A stretch of DNA of 61,882 bases from a virus (taxonomy: Duplodnaviria; Caudoviricetes): IMG/VR virus record IMGVR_UViG_3300033148_008145, positions 1 through 61,882 of that record. The stretch is one strand, 5' to 3'. Within the stretch, counting starts at the first letter, position 1, and every line of letters starts with the position of its first letter. Below the pieces are notes generated by a model. It searched no databases and had not been told where the DNA came from. It saw only the letters and a program-made list of their open reading frames with translations. Made by a program: the position numbers and the translations under genes. Below are positions 39,401 through 48,300 of this stretch, one piece after another.

Positions 39401-41471
39401 CTCGACTGGGAAGATTCCGCAAATAGATGTAGCGAGAAATACCTTTAAAGGTCTTCTGGAAGATTATACAGGGGAAGGTGGAGCAGCAGCCTTGGAGGAG
39501 AAAATAATAGGTGTTAGAGAAAAGAAGGAAACTGAAACAACCTTAGGCGTCGAGGACAAAGTCATAGACCAATTTGGTGACGAAGTGTTAGAGAAGCTAA
39601 GAGCGAGAACGGAAACGCTTGATCAGAAAATGAAAGAGTTGGGTATTCAGCATGTTAACGCGCAAGACCATGCAAAAGCCCAAGCTGCGATAGACAAGAA
39701 GATGCTCGAGCTTTCACGAAAGCTTAACACTGAAAAAGCTAAAGAGATTCGATTGACCGCTGTTATACTAGGGAAGCAAAAAGTTGAAGAAGCAGCCAGA
39801 CGTAGGGCCGAGGGGCAAATAGGGGGCAAGGAATATTACAGCGCAGAACAGGATTACTTGAAAGCTCAGATTGCGGAACGAGGTATTCGTCCCAGTGACT
39901 TTGGAAAAGGAATGGAGACAGCTTTCCGGGGGGAAATGGCTTACGATACCGTTGATTATTTTAATGAGCTAACGGATGGTTCGAGGGAATTAGCCTCTAC
40001 TATGAAGTCATCTTTCGCCGATGCATTTAAGTCCATAGCAAGCGGCGCGAATAGTGTTGAGGGAGCTATAGCTAACATGGCTCAAGGTATTCTTGATTCC
40101 ATCTCCAATATGTCCGCCAACATGGCAACAAATATGTTATTTTCCAAAATGTTTCCGGGAAAATCTCAGGGAGGTCACATTTCTAAATTTAATAGCGGTG
40201 GTATAGTTACCGGAGGTTCAGGTTATAGAGATGACGTTCCTGCAATGATGGATGGTGGAGAATATGTAATTAAGAAATCATCAGCTCAAAAAATAGGATA
40301 CGGGACCCTAAATGCTATCAACTCTGGAAACGTGAGAGGATACGGGGGAGGCGGATCCACGGAGGGTCCGGGAATGGGAAGTATGTTTGCTGTTTCGGCA
40401 GGGGCGAGTGCCATTTCAGGCCTCTTGAATAGTGGTAAGGGCTCCAAGAAAAAACCTTGGAGAGGAAAAGATTACGGATTCGGCAGGGGTAAACATGGTT
40501 ATTTCGGTGGACCGGACGCCGACGCCGGAAGAGGGAGCTCTTTTGCAGGTGGAAGTAACGCGGCTCAAGTGTCTTTAAATAAGGCTTATGTTTATTATAG
40601 GAGGGATCCTAAAACCGGAAGGTTGATCAGTGAGAGAGCGCGCCCAACAGAGGGTAGGTATGAGGTAAGCTCTGCGTTATCGTTGGCTGGAAGACTTGGC
40701 TCAGAGGATCCTCAAACAGCACGGATGTTTGGAAAAGAAACAAAGATGGGTTCTTACACGGATTATCTTTTCACTGAAACTGCCCGTAGAAAAGCTGTGC
40801 TTAAAGCTCACGAGAGACAAAAGAGGGGACGTTTGATGAGCGCTTACATGAATGCTGCCATGCTCATGGGAGGAAGTTATTTAATGGGGAAAACCGGCCC
40901 CATGACATCCGAATTAACGGGTGCCAGCGTAAGCGCCCAAGGAAGGAAAGGCTTTAATGCTCTCAGCGCCTCGCAAAGGGGAGGGATGTCCGCGAAGGAA
41001 TGGTTGGATGCTGGAGTAAATATAAATGACAGTGGGCTTCCTGATATGGCAGCGGGAGGTTCCACCAGAGGTTCTTCGGCGGCCATGTTAACTGGCGGCG
41101 AGTTCGTAATGGGCGCTGATACCGTTCGTGAACATGGGTTGGGCTTCATGGGTGAATTAAACCGAGGCAATATGACCGGTATGGCCAATGGGGGTCCCGT
41201 GGGAGGAGTAGCAGGCGGAGGAGTAGCGGGCGGAGGAGTTGGTTCTGTAAACAATAATGTTAGTGTTAATGTCAATATAGACAGACGTGGCAACGCTGAC
41301 GTTAGCGCTTCCCCGGAAACATCTACGGATAATACGGGTTCTGAGAATTCAACAGCCGAAGCTCAAAAGAACAAGGAGCTTGGGGTGGCTCTTCAAACAG
41401 TTGTTCTGCAAGAAATAATGAAACAGCAACGACCCGGAGGTCTCCTTCAAGGAAAACCCCATACCCCTTAA
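33462..41471 (+). CDS. tail tape measure protein (TP901-family core) with accessory domains
   Basis: AAVELARQG, AKVDAAFAVSSDDLA...SRVGASA, ARGGAVIGNAFKTIFTR core; C-terminal GGIVTGGSGYRDDVPAMMDGGEYVI and QQRPGGLL lambda-H-like motifs. Confidence 0.9.
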   Translation: MARDKITVDLLLQTKQAEREIARLNRKIAEVGKGLGKTFGGGAGGGDKVRALGTGLSKATVKADEFNKSLEASNARVIAFGASAGLIMGIDRALKAMVASAIKVEKAMLDVNVVMNVSNKQMQEFGKGMFKVAKDTAQSFDTVAEAAVELARQGLGMERTLTRAKDALILTRLTGMNAADAVKNLTAAVNSFNKEGVTSAQVINRMAKVDAAFAVSSDDLAKSISRVGASAVSAGVSMNELMAITTSVQQRTARGGAVIGNAFKTIFTRLQRKDVLQNLRNLGVAVTDNNGVMLSGIQVLQNLANNFDNLSKATQSSTAEQVAGVFQVNILKAALADLSSQTSDYGRALRTANQATDEAYQRNEQLNQSLDALINKTLANLTAAGAGLGGALEPALRNILGTVNNVIEAFGKGGTFEDFGKTWGKGIISGLGSFIGGPGLLLVTAVFGKLALSLGRFAGKAIQDVLGINEATKQRAALEEAVVALIASEPTLLQKVKTGTMSILQVEKDILATVKLANYERARIQAYAGPVTGRLMSSGMGVGPKGATMGRAGGFVPNFANAGAERMAAAAGGYRAGTIKTMNQPGAGAVMYNSAETVKRFPGMKQSAIMPPQGSPAGAGYKAAFGSAHGFDPYAGGGFVPNFMALYQMAGRQVTGAGMAAGLKSGKISPAAATAAGYAKGQSKRKTGPKEHVYPASHLGVLGIEGTHTGNASTTFGQLARFKSFPAHLKKQKVTFAGMQMRTINAAKKNLTVQSFSNKISQLMTDPVAKLAHNIFGKSLGNDWGASVSGLKSKWGGKKQLLPPGAEGSIFEAAVNLGLKATRGGATLAKTFDQGIGGSQKPFDFEEKGRAKPPFKKAFGFGANLQLADAKRSINHENVRTIIKKAYNQKPPLKGLPIPSGLGFVPNFVMGTGAADPGGPAGFFPRGNPQNILDAVEASREKSLDQEGKPSAKAIEKQFKGAGPKWKDNFVGPKGMGWPGLWYPSRNPGFKVGDYPDWESLSKSTATPMGVDLTGRQLSIMRNQFVSVFGHPEESGHKRGAGQQVGSEGSYSFKKNWLKLSAKRAMSLYEGGGSGRGALANELTHLIQDRFLVGKDLHGTKGRDGKHWGLAAETGSFRGKLLKSSREMDEEWVARGKPLADGDRRYIISGDLGNFGSAPAPPGGGGGWKPGMGIPGPRKRHDTSVPGLHDEWKRWHGATTEERINALKTGKDKYGNPIPDVGRMLIEWQSTLSSYLLKDKDRASQGFAQGYIPNYSPLSSAIGREMQGGVPASAIRVGSNAALRSAGNPGGMGVYNTRDEPRGLGQGISRARSQGMNPKGHGVPNFLVKPAPMPSTTSPMKAARFVAPSVLGPPPAGAPGRHTGPPVIGASPASRLGLGGVAKGMDAAGKAAKDAAKASTEATKQTRKMGAAMGGMMVQMAMGGIAANMEEGVGQTSVKGVGGIAGYAGMGMMMGGPWGAAAGAAIGGLQMGAEMLTKHTDAAKQSFEALSKELQKAQQDGARVSETIGKLSSALGNLGQESDPTKREAEARKVASHLTQLVSDLPAGSDARKAIQAQKKKLSSGVLPTMAELNQVAKDAEIENTKHQRSLGLNVAGAGAKQLSGNESSWWTGYMPQEISQEWGESKGRFIDALTMQGPTLMQPKRAAESALQGLGLRDKLPKWMQGETYQEEIIREAGERRQGRAAEKVPGFYKAFMGTKTIGPTGQLTDTSIGEALQQSPEAMAIIAKLRTATGGRGGTQGKNIDIWKKSPAMGAGGMFDTLMEQALAAADVKDDMAAALKEQMNTPENRIAFLNTMVGRGVQGLDTGYFDFSSDVKGIKGDPLGAAYSAETQKENEAIAKAVAGAPLPTKPVRAPTGIKETRAFAEGLRKASVAASNSLKETQLRIAGSAKVRALETKYEMALAGATKDTLGVADAKLAQALKTAANNFEDASEIARGTFDANFKKDMSSTAGKFEKFVQGENFFQGQWSNQFSGVYSTGKIPQIDVARNTFKGLLEDYTGEGGAAALEEKIIGVREKKETETTLGVEDKVIDQFGDEVLEKLRARTETLDQKMKELGIQHVNAQDHAKAQAAIDKKMLELSRKLNTEKAKEIRLTAVILGKQKVEEAARRRAEGQIGGKEYYSAEQDYLKAQIAERGIRPSDFGKGMETAFRGEMAYDTVDYFNELTDGSRELASTMKSSFADAFKSIASGANSVEGAIANMAQGILDSISNMSANMATNMLFSKMFPGKSQGGHISKFNSGGIVTGGSGYRDDVPAMMDGGEYVIKKSSAQKIGYGTLNAINSGNVRGYGGGGSTEGPGMGSMFAVSAGASAISGLLNSGKGSKKKPWRGKDYGFGRGKHGYFGGPDADAGRGSSFAGGSNAAQVSLNKAYVYYRRDPKTGRLISERARPTEGRYEVSSALSLAGRLGSEDPQTARMFGKETKMGSYTDYLFTETARRKAVLKAHERQKRGRLMSAYMNAAMLMGGSYLMGKTGPMTSELTGASVSAQGRKGFNALSASQRGGMSAKEWLDAGVNINDSGLPDMAAGGSTRGSSAAMLTGGEFVMGADTVREHGLGFMGELNRGNMTGMANGGPVGGVAGGGVAGGGVGSVNNNVSVNVNIDRRGNADVSASPETSTDNTGSENSTAEAQKNKELGVALQTVVLQEIMKQQRPGGLLQGKPHTP

Positions 41472-42334
41472 TTTCTATTCTCTAATCGGGTTAGACGTTT
41501 CTCCATCTCTTGGAATCTTTGATCAATAGTTTCCATTGCTTTATTATAGATGGAGTGGGCAGATATGGTTCTTGGGGGCATCAGGGGTATTTTATTAATG
41601 GGCGAAAAATCTTCACATGTCTGGCATGGGACATTGGTAACAGAGGAGGCTGCGTATTCCCTGCTTAAATGAATAACACTCTTTGAGAGTATGAGTTCCC
41701 CGCTTTTAATTTCCGCTGGAAAGGAGTAATTTAGGTAAAGGAAAGTTTTCCCGTCCTTGTAATGCACACTTTTAAAGTCTCGCTCGAAAATAGAAGTTTC
41801 CGCCGCTTGATCAAACTCCATTTCTATTTGAATGACGTTTCCGTCTTCATCTTTTGCTGTGACAGGATTTTCCGGAGGAGTAAGGTATCGACCCGGATTT
41901 TCTATTTTGAGTTCTTGAACCGATTTGTCTTTGTTTGCGCTGGTAACCCTTAACGTGGTTGGTTGGCCGTTCAAATTATCCGAAGTGTTGGAAAGGAACC
42001 CTCCTTTTACAAGAAAAGTATCATCAAATTGGTGTTTTTTTCCTCCGTCAACTATCTTGGTTACAGAAACCGCTTCACTTTCGCTGAAATATAATTTTGC
42101 ATTGTCGCCCGGGGAAATTTTGTAGCTATAATCTCCTTTTATGGTGAGGTGATTAACGCAAGACTCAAACCTTTTTTTTAAATTAAGTTTCTTCGATGTT
42201 TCTATCTGGTAAAATATTTCATTTTTTCCAATCTTTACAAAGGTTCCGTTGCCAGCAACCACATCGTATTCACTGGAAGCATAGAGTTCGTTGGATCCTT
42301 CGTTGATTGTCCCCTTAAAAAATTGGGATTTCAT
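41468..42334 (-). CDS. hypothetical tail-associated protein
   Basis: 288-aa ORF downstream of the J-like gene; C-terminal coiled-coil. Confidence 0.65.
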   Translation of the reverse strand: MKSQFFKGTINEGSNELYASSEYDVVAGNGTFVKIGKNEIFYQIETSKKLNLKKRFESCVNHLTIKGDYSYKISPGDNAKLYFSESEAVSVTKIVDGGKKHQFDDTFLVKGGFLSNTSDNLNGQPTTLRVTSANKDKSVQELKIENPGRYLTPPENPVTAKDEDGNVIQIEMEFDQAAETSIFERDFKSVHYKDGKTFLYLNYSFPAEIKSGELILSKSVIHLSREYAASSVTNVPCQTCEDFSPINKIPLMPPRTISAHSIYNKAMETIDQRFQEMEKRLTRLENRN

Positions 42335-42382
42335 TGGTTAATTATAGACTTTGAAACCTCGTTATTCAAATTTTTACCCTGC

Positions 42383-45300
42383 TTAATTTACTTTGCCGCC
42401 GAGCTTGTCACTTAAAAGAATGCCTCCGCGCAGTTTGATGATGTTCCCTATGAACGCATTTCTGTTTGTGTCATAATCGGTATCTGTATATCCCGCCACA
42501 TTTTTTAAAAAGGTACCGACTTCGTAGCCTTTTTGTCCTGCTTTTAACTGTTCAACAAATACGTTTCCTACTCTGTCGGGAAGGTGTATATTGGGTAGAG
42601 TTCCATTGGCTAGGTATCCGAAATATATATTTTGGATTATTTCCGTCCCATTTTGTTTTTGGACTCCCCCCATGAAGTCAATTGTTGCTCCTAGAGGTTT
42701 GCCCCAAGCCAAGACTTTTTGAGTACCGGTATCCCAAAAATAAGAAGCGATTTTAATGTTGGCGGAACGGGTTAAGTCATCTAAATTACCTTCCACGCCC
42801 TTATATCTTGAATACGTTACTTTTTCGATGGTATTGTAGCCTCCCCGCGCGGCAGCGCCGAGCTTCTGATAAGGGTAAAAGTCGTGGATCCTTCTGCATG
42901 ATGTAACTACTGCTTGACCATTGAAATTTTTAATGTAGGGGTATATGTACTCGCCGTCGGAGTTCTTTTCTGGGTTGGGGTAACTTAAGAAAGCATCACA
43001 ATTTAAACCCGCACAACCTGCTGTATTGTAGTTGTTATCTTGCCCGACGTAAAAAGCTTCAACACACCAGTCGACTTGGCCTGATCTCATCCTATCCATG
43101 ATATAAGTACTATACGATTTTAACATAAAAGGTGCGAGATAGAATGTTATGTATCCTCTACCTTTTTCGTATAGATAACATCGGGGAAGGTCGGTGCTGC
43201 TCGTGACGAAATCTCTCGTGTTGGGATTTAGTTGGTTTTCTTCAGCTAAAGGGTCTCTACTATCACTTATTTTTAGGACATTGTACCTTCTGTTACCTAG
43301 ATAAGCGGAAGCAATGTCGCATTGGGAAAATTCAACGTCGACCGTGTACTGTTCGGGGTCGAAACCAACTGTATCATCAAAATAAAGGGACAATTTACCC
43401 GCGAGCAGGAAAGCGTTCGGTGACGAGCCGGGAGGGTATCTAAGTGACGTTTCTTCAAAAATCATTTTGCTGAAACCTTTTAGTTTATTTTTCTTTGGGT
43501 CGAGAACCACCTCATATTTACCTGCGCTTATCTGTTTTCGTATGTATCCTCCCCGATAAGAGACGTTATCTTTAAAATGATTTTGATCAAAATCCATCAT
43601 AAGTTTTAATTCGCCCGGATCCAAGGTTACATCAAACCACGCTCTATAAGCCAGAGCGTCTTGTCCCTGTGTCTGCAGACTACGTTCCTTAAGAAAGATG
43701 GGACTTCCTTCCGCGTTGGGTCCGAATCCTTCTTCTTCGTCCCCCCACTCCACAGCTGTACCAGTGTCCCCGTCCGTGTATATTTTTTGGGGGAACGTGG
43801 AAAAGTTCATATTTTTGTCCGTAAACAAGGTGGGGATAAGTTCCTTACCGTTCCATGCTGGATAAGGATAGTCAGGGTTGGGGTCAGCATAAGATGAGTT
43901 ATCTATTAGGGTTGTTTTGGGGGTTCCATCACTGTTGAAGTGTTCAAAATAGGTAAGGCTGTCAAACAGCGCTATTGTTAGCTGGATGTTTTGTACGCTT
44001 GGTTCGCCGATGTCGGGGAAAGGTATGGTAATGTTTGCCGCATCTGTAGAATTATCAAATACATAAAAGTTTCTATACGATTGAAAAGCGGCATTGTTCT
44101 CAGCGTTCTTGAGCGAGTCAAAATGGGCTACCCCGGGGACTCCCAAGGCTACATTCCATTGTATGAACTCATTGGGCCCCGGAGCAGGTCCCCAATCGGC
44201 AGCTGTCATATAGTTTACTTCCCCTTGATAACCCAAGATCTGCGAAGTAGGTATATTGTTGGGATAAAGATCAAACCTTGGAGCTTTGTTTTTCGGGTTG
44301 AAAATAACTTCTCCCAAGCCTTCGTCAGTTTTGACTCTCTCATCTATAAGTGTATTGTCTCCTGTAGAGTAATAGTAAACCACTCCCCGAACATCCGAAA
44401 AAGAATTCGAAAGTTGCGTCTCGTTTAAAATTCTGTTTCCGGCCCTGTCTGTGGAGGGTTCTATGGATAGATTCAGTGTACCATCGTTGTATAATGCAGC
44501 CTTCGCTACATATGGATATTTTCTTGCGTACGCTTGGGACGGAGTTAGGAAGAAGTAATCATCCAGTGCGTCTACCTCTGATGAAGAATCCCCCTGCGCG
44601 AAAACTATCCCGCTTGGAATACCTATGTTACAGGACATTTTCTGATATCCTTCAGCGCCATCTGTGTAGGTATCTTTTTGGCCAAAAATAGTGTTATCTC
44701 CTACGTTGTTGCCTGCACTGGTGAGGCCAGCCGGATCGTGAGCTTCTACAACAATATCAAATTCTCTTAAAGGAAAACTATTTTTATCATTCCTAAAAAT
44801 AACGCCGCTTTCTTTTACCTCCCACCACTGGTGACCGCCTGCGCTATGAGAGACTGCACCTGCAACATTGGGAAGATCCTCAATAACGTGGGGGCTGTTA
44901 TAGTCTCTAAAAAAAACAAAAGAACCTTCTGTTGGTTTGTATCCTGTAATTTCCACATAAATCTCATTGGAGGGGGTGTTGGGACTCAGATTTGAATCAT
45001 GCTTCCTAATAGTAATTCGATACTCATGGTAACTGGGAATATCCATTAATTGATTGTAGTCGTCTGCGAGGGTATACTCGGAGCTTGCGTCCCAGCTAAA
45101 AGAGGGTTGAGTGGAAGACAGTTGGTTTAATGTATTGACCTGAGTATCACCTATAAGATCGTCTGATGTCAAGCTGGTGACGTTTATACCGTCTATAAAT
45201 GAAAAGGCGGAGTCTCCTTGTATTTGGTGTTTTCCAATGGTGGTGTCTTGAGCACTTGCGATGTTACTATTGGAAGCTGGAATTAGTCCTATTAAAGCTT

Positions 45301-48300
45301 TGGCCGAACGCCTTTGATTATTAAAAGCAAAGACGGCTACCCAATAATTAGTATCTTTATTAAGAAATTCCTCTGCAAAGAAAGCAGATAGGGTTCCGTC
45401 TGAGGAAATTGCGTTGCCTCCATCTGCTATTTTTGAGCCCGGATTGCCATTTATTGTTATAAATTCGCGCCCTTTATAGTTTCCCCACTGGTCGTTGCTA
45501 ACCGGCCAAAGAAGAGTCGAACCTCGTTCAGCAGTAAACAAAGTTGAAAGAAGATTTACATCACCGAAAGGCGGGTGGGTGCCCACGTCATCCAATACTA
45601 ATTGTTCATAAATGAATACTCCATAAGACATTGCGTTAACAACCAAGCTGGATTCTGTGTCGTCAATTTCATAGCTGTCACGATCACCTTGTTGTTCGGG
45701 GGCTTTCGTTTTTAGTCCGGCTTGAGGTATGGTTACTTCAAGAGTATTGAATTTATCTTTTTCGTTACTCGTAAGAGGTAACGATGCAGGCTCATCCTCT
45801 TGGGCGTGAGGACCTCCTTTTTCTATTATGGTTCCCCATGAGTAATAATTACTCCCCTCTTTATAATACGGCCAAATAGGAGGTTCGGATTGAATTGGAT
45901 TGTCAAATTTTAATCGATTTTCAACCTTGTCATACTTTCCTGAGGCGTAAGCCAATGCGGAAACATTATAGGTGGTATCCTCGTCGTTTTCAGCTACGTT
46001 TATAATCCGGTAGTTGGATAGGTTTCCACTAATGAACTCCGGTGCGGTAGGGTCGTTAGGTTCAATGCTCCACACTAGATTTTCGCCGGAGAAACATCCT
46101 CCTGAATACGACATTATAATTGGTGCATCTGGTCCCTGAACGTAGTTGTTTGTATATCCTGTAATTACATAATTCTCGAAATCTAATTGGTTGCCTGTTC
46201 CAATGGGTTCCCCTCCCTCTACTATCAGACCGGTATGAAAATAAATTTGTGTGGCTATTCCGCTGCCGCCTTCCTCGTAATCTGATTTGTAATATCCTGT
46301 TACGGAAAGGGCATGACTTCCTTCGAAGTAAAGGGTTTGAAGTTGTGATCTTCTTATTTCAGTGATATTATTGGAGTCTAGATCAGAGATGTCCGCCGCT
46401 TCGTAATTATAGGTTGGAGTAAGAAGAGAAAACTTATAGACTTGGTTGGTGGTAAACTCAACAACGTTGTCTATTATTACACTGTTACCCGTTATGGAGC
46501 CATCTTGATCTGCGGGGGGAGTTGTCCAATCTATTGAGCTCGGGGCGACGCCCGTTCCAATAACGCTGTTGGTTCTTCCTCCAAGCTTAAGTGGAGTTCT
46601 GTACTGGTCATAAATTTGAACAATGTCTCCCGGTTTTATATAGGCTCCGTCCTGACCTACGGTAAAAGTGACACTTTCGGTTTCGTCGGCTTCGCTGGCC
46701 AACACCCATTGACCAAGCCTGCGCGCCTGCCCGCGGCTGGTTACACCCAAGGCCGACGTTTCTATTTGCCGGATACCGTATCTTTTTATAGACTCCTCGT
46801 TTTCTACATACTCAACGGTGGGAACAAACAGGTTGTGTTTATCAATATACCTAACAATGGCTACGCTGTGACGCGCTTTTTTCGAAGAAGAGGAATAGGA
46901 GAAATTTCCTTCAATTACATTGGTATTATTGAATTGATAGAGGGGTTTTTTGAATGCATCCTGTACTGCAAAGATAAGGCCATTGGCATAATATGCTATA
47001 CCCCGAAAAACAGATGCCAGATTGTTTACTGCCTGATATGCTTCTTCACGGGAAGTCATGATATGATTCATCGTGAACCTTGGTTCGATTGAACCGTAGC
47101 CATCAGGGACAAGAACGTCACAATATTGGGCTATTTCATATAAAGCCCATTTGTCTACTTGGGGTTCGCTTATGTATTCCCCCAAACCATATCTTGGATT
47201 AGTTAGTAAATCATAGAAGCACCATGCTGGGTTATCTGTCCATTCCTTAATTATTAATGGGTCGGTGTCAGTAGCTAAGGCTGCTCCTTCTGGCCACACA
47301 GAAACCTGTTTGAATCCTCCATCCCAAAAGTTATCCACTTCTGTTGTGCCAGAGTAACCTTCTGTGGTTGCTCCGGTTTCGGCAAATACTGGATCAGCGT
47401 GGTTGGAGGTTCCGGCGATTCCCCCCTGCCTTGCTCCAAATTTGTAAGCAGCTCCTGATGTGAGAGTTCCGTAATTTGTGATTTTGTATGGGGTGGGAAA
47501 AGCTGTTGTGGCCGGGGTGAAGTTGGCGGTGTAAGGGGCTTCTCCGATTGTTATGCGGAATTCATCTATGTATCCTTTGAAGTACTGTGAAGAACCCGAC
47601 TCATACTCTCCTATGGTGGAAGCTGCAGTAGCAGTCTTGATGGTGTCTGATGCTGTGGCATTTCCGTAACTGGTTCCATCTATATAAACTTTAAAGTCAT
47701 TACCGTTTCTTACGGCCGCTATGTGGTGCCATGTGTCCACAGTTAAAGCTTGGGTGGTAGTGATGGTTGCAAATTCAGAGCTGTCACTCGCCTTTTTATT
47801 TCGCAAGACTACTTTTCCGTCTGTGTTTATTTGTAAGTAAATTACCCCATTCGAATCAAAAATCATTTGAATAGCAGAAAAAGATCCGCTGTCTGGCCTT
47901 ACCCAACATTCAATTCCCCAACTGGAATTACTCCATGCAAATGAAGAACCGTCGTTTGCCCCTAATGTTGCGCTATCTTCGGTTCCATCTAGGTAAAGGC
48001 TGGAAGCTCCAAATTTCTTTTCTGTCGTGGAAAGTTCAGCGTCTGCATTTAAAGTGATTTGTATTGGGTAAGTACTTGAGTCGACCGTAGTCTCATCGCC
48101 GTTGGCTCCGTCAAAATGCAAAAGGCTGTGGGTGTTAACTTCTTGATAAAAGTTGGCTGGGTAAGTTATATCTGGGGTGTCCCCAGTTAAGTATAGTTTT
48201 GCTCCCCCCTCGAATGTGACTACTTGGCCAGTCTTAAGGCGGGATTTTACTTTTACACTTTGGGGCCACGTAGCGTCATTCACGAGGATGGCGTCGCTTA

